A stretch of DNA of 62,037 nt, filler included, from Nitrospinae bacterium RIFCSPLOWO2_12_FULL_45_22 (GTDB lineage Bacteria > 2-12-FULL-45-22): the NCBI GenBank assembly GCA_001803565.1. It is 6 parts of 6 records of this genome, joined end to end, with 100 filler letters (N's around TTAATTAATTAA, not from the genome) between each part and the next. Parts side by side here need not be neighbours in the genome. Positions count along the whole stretch, not along the records: positions 1 to 25,109 come from MHDQ01000157.1; 5 more parts are not named here. One strand, 5' to 3'. Below are positions 8,785-16,829 of the stretch, in pieces (position 1 is the first letter of the stretch; the number at the start of each line of letters is the position of its first letter). The translations under genes were made by a program, and so were the position numbers. The notes under the pieces are model-generated. The model was not told the origin of the DNA. It saw nothing but the letters and a program-made list of their open reading frames with translations, and made no database searches.

Positions 8785-11313
8785 TCAGCTCTTCTTCTCC
8801 TTGACTCCTATCTCATAAGAAGTCTTATAGTTCCTGATCTCTGGATCGGGGAACATCCTGGGAACTCTGGTGGGATAGACCCCTCCCATACAACTAAACT
8901 CATTCTGCATGGTCTCCATATCTACCAGTCGTCCATCGGGATGCTTAGCCCGCTTTAAGTTTAGCCGCTCTACTTCCCAGCCATGCTTGTCTGCTAGCTC
9001 CCTAAGCATCTTGGCCTTATAACGTACCGGGAGTTCCCATGAGGAACGGACAAAGAGAGGCCAATCATCTGGCCACTCACCAAAGGCTGCCAGAGAAAAC
9101 TCTACATAGGTCTCCAACCCAATTAAGCGAAAATCCCTAATAGCTACTGGCCGCTGGCACATGATGGTTACAGCTGTAACCGCCTCTTCGCGGGTCTCTA
9201 CCGGGATAATCATATGCTTAGGTGCTGGTTCAACGGGTCGCTTTTTCCTGGTCCAGCTATCGTAATACCACCACCGCTTCCAGTCCCATTTATTTCCGGG
9301 CAAAAAGCGATGCCAGTCAAAGGCTGACTCTGGACCAACTACTACTGGGCAACCACCCCTGGCCCAGGCTGCTACAATAGGATACATCCTATCTGGCAGC
9401 GCACCCCACACCAACAAAGGAGGTGAGACAAGGTTACCATATATATCCGCCGTCTCAGCAAAGTTACCATAATGAGAAGCGCCTGCACCCGTCCGGGGCC
9501 ATTTCATAGCCTGATCCAAAATATGAACACAGGCAGCACAATCTCCAGTGTTGATAAGATTCCTTAGATTAGCCTCGGCGCCAAACTCGTCAAAGATATA
9601 TTTCTTGGTCTTTTCATTAAAGTGACGGGCTACCTCTCCAGCGGCACAGCCAGCGACAAAGGTAATAAAATTACGCGCGGTCAATTCATAAGCTATCCAG
9701 CCAAGGTCTTCTTCATGCTTGGCATCACCGCACCCTAAAAGGTGACAAATACCTGGAGTATTACCCCACATGGAGCTAAAGGCCCAGGAGGAGGTTTCTA
9801 CCCTTGGTAAAGGCCCCCGACCCGGCCGGAGCTTAAACTTATCCCCCGGTGCTCGTTTCTCCATGGAGGCTACGATTAAGTCCAACAACGGGATATTTTC
9901 TGGGCAGATTTTGACACAGGCCCCACATCCAAAACACCCCTTCTCTACTTCCGCCAGGGCCTTAATACCCTCCTTAGCCACCTGCTGGACTGCCTTACTC
10001 AACAGAAGGCTATTGGGGCAGTTACTGAAGCAAAGATCACAATCTTCCCGGCATTTCTTGGCCTCGGCCTTGGCCTTCTCTTCAGATAGCCGATAATCTC
10101 CTTTCCGTTTGACTTGCTGGAGAACCTTGAGGGCTACCTCCGCTGCCTTCTCCGGCAACCTTATCCAGGCCCCTGGAGCACCAGCCACTAAATCCTTCAC
10201 AATATCATCCACAAAGCTATCAGTCCGATCCGGCAACCCGATATTCTTATCCCGGCTGACCCATATAACCCGGGTCCCTACCCGTTTGGTATCCTCCAGA
10301 ATATCCAGATTCATACAAGAACTGCCCCCTACCAACACATCAGATATACCGTAGCGTAATATCTTCCTGGCCTTGGTCATAGGGGCCAATGGGCGGACCC
10401 TCTCATAAAAACGGGCCAGATCATCTCCTGCTGGTCCAATACCGCATACCTCAACCTTTTCGGTCAGCCCTTTCTCCTTCAGTTGATTAGCTACCAGGTA
10501 AGCCAGGAGGAAGGTGTCCCCCATAAAAGTAATCACTGGCTTTCCGGGCTCTACATTCCCCAGACCGCCTACTACGTTTACCTCTGGCCAGTCAATCATC
10601 TCTGATACCTCATGGTCAGAGGCGTTGGTCAGGCCAAAAAGGCTCATCTTTATTAACTCGATAACATCTTTTCCGATCATGAGCATGGAGCCGGCATGAA
10701 AAACCATCCCCTCCAGCTCAATGGCATCGGTACCAGTAAAGCTAGCAGAGGAGAGTTTAACTAGTTGGGCTTCTGCATAAGCCAGGGCCCTATCCAAATC
10801 AGCCAGGTTCTGTCCACCCATGGGTATGCAGGTAAAAAGGCCAATGTGGCTTAGGTCTGAGGCATCATGATGCGCACCCCAGGAAACCTCTTTCTCTCTA
10901 CCGAACACCTTAATAGCATAGTCCAATAGCTCTCGCGAATGGACCATCTGGGTCGAACAACCCCGACATGCCTTGCGGAGACTGAGGCGGGCCTGGTACC
11001 CCTCGAATTCTAATCCACAGACTCCTTTACCAGAGCTGAGGTTACATGGCCCTAAGGGGCAATCGGTACAGGTCTCTACGGTATTGCAATATAAGGGGGT
11101 ATACCTATCTAAAAGGTGACTATCCCACTCAGAAACATCAGCCTGATCCGTAAAAGGGAATATCCGCGTATCAAACTGTTGGAATCGGTTCTCCATCCAA
11201 TCATTCTCAACTGCCCAGAGGACTATATCCTCTACCCCCCGAATATCCCGACAGACCTTAGTAATATCTACTTCACTACTACCCAGAACAGTCTTTGTCT
11301 TTTTATCTCCCAT
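8785..11313 (-). CDS. cdhA: Archaeal-type CO dehydrogenase alpha subunit (CdhA)-like protein with remodelled C-cluster
   Basis: WDSHLLDRYTP, CxxCxxGPC...CG B-cluster, two ferredoxin-type clusters (CREDCDLCFSNCP, CFGCGACVKICP), PGRGP, LGC, AGC, GDC, WGA, EPAPKH, ELP. Confidence 0.9.
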   Translation of the reverse strand: MGDKKTKTVLGSSEVDITKVCRDIRGVEDIVLWAVENDWMENRFQQFDTRIFPFTDQADVSEWDSHLLDRYTPLYCNTVETCTDCPLGPCNLSSGKGVCGLEFEGYQARLSLRKACRGCSTQMVHSRELLDYAIKVFGREKEVSWGAHHDASDLSHIGLFTCIPMGGQNLADLDRALAYAEAQLVKLSSASFTGTDAIELEGMVFHAGSMLMIGKDVIELIKMSLFGLTNASDHEVSEMIDWPEVNVVGGLGNVEPGKPVITFMGDTFLLAYLVANQLKEKGLTEKVEVCGIGPAGDDLARFYERVRPLAPMTKARKILRYGISDVLVGGSSCMNLDILEDTKRVGTRVIWVSRDKNIGLPDRTDSFVDDIVKDLVAGAPGAWIRLPEKAAEVALKVLQQVKRKGDYRLSEEKAKAEAKKCREDCDLCFSNCPNSLLLSKAVQQVAKEGIKALAEVEKGCFGCGACVKICPENIPLLDLIVASMEKRAPGDKFKLRPGRGPLPRVETSSWAFSSMWGNTPGICHLLGCGDAKHEEDLGWIAYELTARNFITFVAGCAAGEVARHFNEKTKKYIFDEFGAEANLRNLINTGDCAACVHILDQAMKWPRTGAGASHYGNFAETADIYGNLVSPPLLVWGALPDRMYPIVAAWARGGCPVVVGPESAFDWHRFLPGNKWDWKRWWYYDSWTRKKRPVEPAPKHMIIPVETREEAVTAVTIMCQRPVAIRDFRLIGLETYVEFSLAAFGEWPDDWPLFVRSSWELPVRYKAKMLRELADKHGWEVERLNLKRAKHPDGRLVDMETMQNEFSCMGGVYPTRVPRMFPDPEIRNYKTSYEIGVKEKKS

Positions 11314-11466
11314 TGGACCCCTCCTTCTCTTTTTCTCGTTAAGAATATAATTACCTTAGGTATTAGTATTATTCTGCTGTAGATAACCTCAGGGAAAGGA
11401 AAGAGTCAAATCCTGACCCTTTATTGGGCTCCAACCCAGCGAAGGCATTGGGTCAGAAATGGAGTT

Positions 11467-11691
11467 TTAGAAGAAATCCGCCTCAGCCATGCATTTAGGA
11501 CATACCTTGAGCTTGCGTTTGGCGGGCCTTAGGGTTGACATAGTAACATCGCCCTTTACCTTAGCACCCGGGGTTTGTTCCTCTAGCGTAACCTCCTTTT
11601 TGCAGATATCACACAAAGGGATCCCACATTCGTTACAATTAAACGCCATTTCATTTTTGTTACATACCTTACAGAGTGTTGCTTCAGCCAT
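11467..11691 (-). CDS. Small Cys-rich zinc-finger/metal-binding protein
   Basis: Four CxxC pairs in 74 aa; RBS GGAGGTG. Confidence 0.75.
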   Translation of the reverse strand: MAEATLCKVCNKNEMAFNCNECGIPLCDICKKEVTLEEQTPGAKVKGDVTMSTLRPAKRKLKVCPKCMAEADFF

Positions 11692-11716
11692 TTCTCACAC
11701 ACCTCCATTCAAATTT

Positions 11717-11833
11717 AGATTGCTTCGTCGAGTTCCCTCGCTTGCTCCCTCGTTTCACTCGGGACTTCGGCTCGGGACAAGCCTCGCAACGACATTGAGA
11801 GTCTTATCTTGTCTTTGCGAGCAAAGCAATCTC
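11717..11833. repeat. Palindromic intergenic repeat (GATTGCTTCGTCG...CCTCGCAACGAC...GTCTTTGCGAG...AGCAATCT)
   Basis: Self-complementary; related copy at 24621-24722. Confidence 0.8.
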
Positions 11834-11874
11834 AAAGTTGAAAATTCCCCTGCTATTAAATTATTCGCTACCTC

Positions 11875-14085
11875 TCATGATGAAGCAGCGGTAAACCTCT
11901 CTTCCAGGAGGGCCGTGGTCATGCCTTCCGGCCCAATAAAATAGATTCTACCCTTCCCTATTCTAGCTATCCTCCTCATTAACTCTGGGTCAGTTGATTC
12001 CTCATTGATACAAACACAAGAGATAGTTATACCTTTTTTTGCTGCCATAATTGCCTGCCGCAAGGCATATCTTTGGGGGGAGGGATGGGGTGCAGTTGCA
12101 TCACCATCAGAGATAAGGATCATCTGTTGACTGGCACGACCCCGGCGATGGCGACCGAATAACTGCGTAGCCTTCAAGATACCAAAGCCAATATTGGTAA
12201 AGGCATTTTCATGCAACTCCAGGTCTATTACTCGACGGCTCAACCTCTGAGGACTACCAGTGATATCCACCACTACATCAGCGAGGTTAGAAAAACCTAT
12301 TACCCCCACTCGGTCACCATATTGGGCAGCCGCTAACGAAAGGGCAATAGCACTCTCCTTGGCATGCCATAATTTCTCCAACTGCCGCATGGTCCCTGAT
12401 AAATCAACCACCAGAATGAAATCAATCTTGGCCCGGATATCTTTGGTGGTGACCATGATATCGTCTTTGGTCACCTCCTGTCTTCGATTTCTGATAGTCT
12501 CCCGGATCGTATCTTTGAAAGATACGTCTCGGTAGCGGTCCCCAAACCGAAAGCGTCTGGTGCCAACCTCCCGCCCTTCACCGGTACTTAGTTTCTTGCC
12601 GGTACTATGCTTACCATAACCATAAAGATAGCTGGCTTCTACCGTAGGGCTCAATCGCTCCAGGAGGAAGGTAACCCCGCGTCTACTGAGCTCCCAACCG
12701 GTGCTACCCCTCTCCAGTATCTTTTCCCGTTCCAGGTAGCTGATAGTTTCCTTAAGGGCAGCGGCTTCCATTTCCTGCTTCAACTTGGCTATCCGGGCAT
12801 CCCTCTTGCGCACCTCTTCAATCTCATACAGTAACTCATCCGTAATGAGGTCTCCTCCAAATCGCTCTGGGTAAAGCTCCCGGATACGGACCCTCATCTC
12901 CCTTACCAGTTGTGCCAGCTTAGATTCCGGGAATCGTTCTATCCTCTTCAAGAGTAGATCAAAGGCCCCGTACTTAAGAGGTTGTCTAAACTTATCTTCC
13001 CGCACAATCTCTTCCACCAGGGCAAGCATATCATCTTTGGAAAAGCTGATCTTTTCCTCCTCTACCAAAACACCTAAAGCCTTATCCAGTACCTCCTCAA
13101 TAATCTGATCTCTCTTGCCCGGGTTATCAGAATAGGGAGCCAATTGAAGCCGGTGAGGAAGAGTACAATAAGCCCCTGCCCGGATGACCTTGTCCTCATC
13201 TCCGTAATCTATTTCCTGGAGAGAGGATACTAATTCGCCATACCGGAGCATCCCCCGGGTACTTACACCCCGTTCTACTTCACTGTGAGTTCTGGTATCC
13301 CTGGTTATATCTATAGACTTATCAATGGTAACCTCTGATACCGGCACTTTATCCGGATATATCCGCTCTAGGTTGGATACTACCAACTGCCTCTCGTCCG
13401 TCCGATCCTCAACATAGTTCAGATAAATAGTATCAAAACATTCCAGTACTCCTAGGGGCAGAGTCTCTAATACCCGTTGGCTACCGGTAGCTATCACCAG
13501 GATGTCTAGCGCTATCCTCTCTTCATAAGCGCCAATGGTAATATTTCCACTCTCCAGGGCGAATAGGAGGGTATTCAATACCCTCTCTGGCATCCGGTCA
13601 ATCATATCAACCAGAAGGATGCCACGATTAGCCCGAAGGAGTTTACCAGGCATAAAGCTTTGCAAAGAATGGATACCATGGATTAAAGCGGCCTCGGGGT
13701 CAAAGGCGCCAATAAGGTCTTCAGGAACCAGATCCCCTCCGCCCTGTATCCTTTTCACACGCCCTACCCCCGGTAAAGTCTGTTTTTTATGACCATTCTC
13801 TTGCACCCTAGCGTCTAAGCACCAGGGGCAGGAAGGGTTTTGCGGTGAGCAGTTTAAAGGACAACCTTCAACTATTTCTATATCATCCAGAATAAGGCTA
13901 ATATTATTGGCTAAGGCTGTTTTACCACAGCCCGGGGGGCCAAGAATAAGTAAATGATGCCCACTAGAGAGGCTACTAAGGAATGCCTCTTTCACTGATT
14001 CCGGCATTTGGAATTGGTGAAACAGACGATTTCTTCCCTCCTCACATCCATAGATTAAATTATTAAGAAGTTCATCCCTAAGCAA
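11875..14085 (-). CDS. AAA+ (degenerate) fused to vWA domain, ChlD/MoxR-partner-like
   Basis: Walker A GPPGCGKT, altered Walker B LLVDM, MIDAS DLSGTM, TNIG, LISDG; start moved to TTG 14085 after GGAGG. Confidence 0.85.
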   Translation of the reverse strand: MLRDELLNNLIYGCEEGRNRLFHQFQMPESVKEAFLSSLSSGHHLLILGPPGCGKTALANNISLILDDIEIVEGCPLNCSPQNPSCPWCLDARVQENGHKKQTLPGVGRVKRIQGGGDLVPEDLIGAFDPEAALIHGIHSLQSFMPGKLLRANRGILLVDMIDRMPERVLNTLLFALESGNITIGAYEERIALDILVIATGSQRVLETLPLGVLECFDTIYLNYVEDRTDERQLVVSNLERIYPDKVPVSEVTIDKSIDITRDTRTHSEVERGVSTRGMLRYGELVSSLQEIDYGDEDKVIRAGAYCTLPHRLQLAPYSDNPGKRDQIIEEVLDKALGVLVEEEKISFSKDDMLALVEEIVREDKFRQPLKYGAFDLLLKRIERFPESKLAQLVREMRVRIRELYPERFGGDLITDELLYEIEEVRKRDARIAKLKQEMEAAALKETISYLEREKILERGSTGWELSRRGVTFLLERLSPTVEASYLYGYGKHSTGKKLSTGEGREVGTRRFRFGDRYRDVSFKDTIRETIRNRRQEVTKDDIMVTTKDIRAKIDFILVVDLSGTMRQLEKLWHAKESAIALSLAAAQYGDRVGVIGFSNLADVVVDITGSPQRLSRRVIDLELHENAFTNIGFGILKATQLFGRHRRGRASQQMILISDGDATAPHPSPQRYALRQAIMAAKKGITISCVCINEESTDPELMRRIARIGKGRIYFIGPEGMTTALLEERFTAASS

Positions 14086-14124
14086 AATATCCTCCGCAAA
14101 AAAGGGTTTATAAGCTAACCAAGA

Positions 14125-14154
14125 ATTATAGGCGGCGTCATTGGTCAATGGCAA
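14125..14154 (-). promoter_or_regulatory. Possible internal sigma70 promoter
   Basis: TTGCCA-N18-TATAAT upstream of the AAA-vWA gene. Confidence 0.4.
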
Positions 14155-14202
14155 ATGCAAGGCTACAACGATTTAACCTAATGACTAATGACGGTCACTC
14201 TA

Positions 14203-14423
14203 GTAACTGTTCAGCCACGAAGTAACACGAAGGAATTCTATTAGAGACTAAGAGATTAGGAGACTTAGGCAGAGGATTCTAGGGGCTAAGGGTTCTAGCG
14301 ATTCTACCCTTGAATCCCAGACCCCTATAAAGAGAGATTATAGTCTCCCACTCTCTATAAATCTCTTAGTCTTAGTCTCAGATACTTGGGAAAACTTAGC
14401 GTCCCTGGTGGCTGATTAATTAC
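14203..14423. repeat. Nested palindromic MITE-like element
   Basis: Ends GTAACTGTTCAGCCAC / GTGGCTGATTAATTAC enclosing GAGACTAAGAGATT / AATCTCTTAGTC arms. Confidence 0.65.
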
Positions 14424-14446
14424 AAAAATTAAAATTGATGCAGGGT

Positions 14447-14477
14447 GAGAAAGGGAGGAACAAGCCCTCCCTTTCTC
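14447..14477 (-). terminator. Strong hairpin right after the cdhC-like gene (terminator or mRNA stabiliser)
   Basis: GAGAAAGGGAGG-N7-CCTCCCTTTCTC perfect 12-bp stem; no immediate U-tract. Confidence 0.55.
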
Positions 14478-14483
14478 TGCATA

Positions 14484-15887
14484 TTATTTGGGAATTTCCC
14501 TGGTCTCATCTGGCCAGTCGTGCCCAGGTAAAGGGATCTTTACGGGGGCTGGTTTACCATCCTTCCAACGCTTCTCTACCACCGGGTGTTTTTTTTCCCG
14601 GAGGAAATTCTCTAAGTCCTTAGGAGTGATACAATCCTCCTCGGTAGCGATCTTATCGTAGACTTCTTCGGGAATGGCATCGGCAATCTCTACCTTCAGG
14701 TCTTTGGGCATCCACACTATCCGGTTCCAACCACCATCTCCCTGGAGGAACTTGGGTGCCTTCGTGCCATATATAGATATCCCTTTAAAGCCATGATTCT
14801 GTACCCCTCCGCTCATTAATCCCGCAATCTTAGAGAAGGGTAATCCGATGGGGGTTTGCCCCATATAGCGCCTTATTGCAATTCCTATCCCATCAACCTG
14901 AGGGATATAGAAGCTTACCGCCTCGAATCACCCTCAGTTAGTGGTGACATATTTGATGCTACTATGCAGATGAAAGATCTTGTGCCTATGGTCTGATCTC
15001 TCATAAATGGCATCATCTACCCCTGTGAACCGACCTGCTATGGGATCAATGGTCTCCCCTTTAGGGAGTTCAAAGATATAGCCATGGGGGTCTATCGCAT
15101 GAATGGCCTTGCAGGTATAAAAGCTTAGAACCCCACAGTAGGGGACGATTGCTGGGGTGATGATACAGGCATGGTTGGGGGCAATCATCTTGCAGAGGGT
15201 GCAGCCATAGAACAGGTCTACATCCTCATCTGCAATAGCCGCATGCTTGGCCATCAGGGCCTCCCATTTCGGCTTAGTCTCTTCCAATATTGACTCTATA
15301 GTCTTCACCCCACCGATCTCGGGAGTACCCAATACCCATTTTACTTCTACCGCCTCAACAATCGGGGCTGAGGTAAGGACACTTGCCCTTATAGACTGGG
15401 ACAGCTTTTTAAAACTCAGCCTGGGGGCTACTTCCTTACTTATCCTTGTCCAGATGGTATCCCGGGCGCCGATCATACCGACACCTTCCATAAACATCAA
15501 CCCCATAAACATACCCCGGGCGGCAAACTCCTCATGATCCTCTGTTAGCTCCGGTCCCCAGAGCTTGGCATGCAAAGAGAAGGGAAGAGAAGTTTCCGGT
15601 GGTATCTCATCCAGTTCCGGGCCAATTACCTCTACCCGGCCATCAACTATCTCATTCGGATCGTTAACTACCTCAGCATAGAGAAAGCTCTTATAATTAT
15701 GCTTAGGGCCGCCCAGTTCCGCATGCCAATAGCCTTTTCGGATTTCTCCGATATACCTGGGGCCAATCCCTACATCCTCCAGTCCATCCCACAATTTATC
15801 CAAGTCTGTCTCTAGCTGGTAAACTTTCCCTGGCGGCAACTTTGTCTTGTACCAGGGCTTAAGCTCGGTTTTCACTTCCGTAGCCAT
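14484..15887 (-). CDS. cdhC: Archaeal-type acetyl-CoA synthase (CdhC/ACDS beta)-like protein, 467 aa, predicted selenoprotein with U318-G319-U320
   Basis: Track ORFs 14934..15887 and 14484..14864 are in one frame; read-through gives YVTTN-TGA-G-TGA-FEAVSFYIPQVDGIGIAIRRYMGQTPIGLPFSKIAG, matching PMTSCGCFE..PxG..F..LAG; Fe4S4 ligands FYGCTLC..PNHAC..CG intact. Confidence 0.92.
14882..14912 (-). promoter_or_regulatory. Bacterial SECIS-like hairpin
   Basis: mRNA UUCU-A-UAUCCC-UCA-[GGU]-UGA-U-GGGAUA-GGAA; G-starting apical loop 29 and 35 nt downstream of the two UGA codons. Confidence 0.75.
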
Positions 15888-16036
15888 AATTAAAACCCTC
15901 CTTTCATCCTAGAATTTCCGATCATCAGCTCTATATATCCCTATTATAGCGTGCTATCACCTCCTTTTCTCCTGCTATAAAATACTCCTTCTGCTGTCAG
16001 CATCCAGGGTATTACCTTAAATAATCTCTCCCTCTA

Positions 16037-16828
16037 TTAACGAGTGGCTCGCTCGCTGATCTTTTCACAAACCTGCACCACGGCTATAGAAGCGGGAGAG
16101 TCCTCTGGTAGTTCAATGATAGGCTTACCTAAGGCATCAGCCAGGGCTATCTGGGGATCATATGGGACATAAGCCGTTATTTCAAGGCCATTTTCCTGTA
16201 CCATACGTTCTAGCCCGGGCCTGGTTTCATCGGTAACCTTGTTTGCTATCAACATAACCTCAGAAAAATTGACCACTAATTCTTTAGCCAGATCCTTCAC
16301 CCTCTTAGCGGTCAAAAGTCCATTCCAGGTGGCATCACTAACCGCTATCATCAAGTCAACATCTCGGGTAGTACGACGGCTAAGATGCTCCAGTCCAGCC
16401 TCACAATCAATCACAGTAAAGTCATAACTATTAGCCTTGGCATCTATTACCTGGCGCAGGATATTATTAACCGGGCAGTAACACCCTTCCCCTTCTGGAC
16501 GCCCCATAACGAGGAGATCAATATTGTTATCCCCTTCTTCGACTATCTCGTGCAAAGCCGTTTGAAAAGCCCCTCCTTTATTAGCCGCCTCTGGGCTACG
16601 GGCCGGGGCATGCATTATGGTCTCCCGGATATCACCCACACTCTTTCTCACCGTCATACCCAGAGCATGAGGGAGATTAGAGTCGGGATCGGCATCAATA
16701 GCCAATACATATCCTTTCCTGGACAAACACCTAATCAATAGAGCGGATAAGCCAGTTTTACCAACTCCACCTTTTCCAGAAACAGCTATAGTAAATCCCT
16801 TATTAACCAAGCTACCAGAAAACTCCAT
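16037..16828 (-). CDS. cooC: CooC/AcsF nickel-insertion ATPase
   Basis: GKGGVGKT, DADPDSNL, GEGCYCP, DCEAGLEHLSR. Confidence 0.92.
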   Translation of the reverse strand: MEFSGSLVNKGFTIAVSGKGGVGKTGLSALLIRCLSRKGYVLAIDADPDSNLPHALGMTVRKSVGDIRETIMHAPARSPEAANKGGAFQTALHEIVEEGDNNIDLLVMGRPEGEGCYCPVNNILRQVIDAKANSYDFTVIDCEAGLEHLSRRTTRDVDLMIAVSDATWNGLLTAKRVKDLAKELVVNFSEVMLIANKVTDETRPGLERMVQENGLEITAYVPYDPQIALADALGKPIIELPEDSPASIAVVQVCEKISERATR

Positions 16829-16829
16829 A

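Noticed and set aside
14928-14936. Genome-wide UGA reassignment (Trp or Gly code)
   Set aside because: TGA ends many normal genes here, including ATGA-coupled ones, and Trp/Gly could not ligate Ni
14484-15887. cdhC as a nonsense-disrupted pseudogene or two separate genes
   Set aside because: Both stops are TGA, fall exactly on the two conserved Cys, keep the frame and have a SECIS-like hairpin; there are no other lesions
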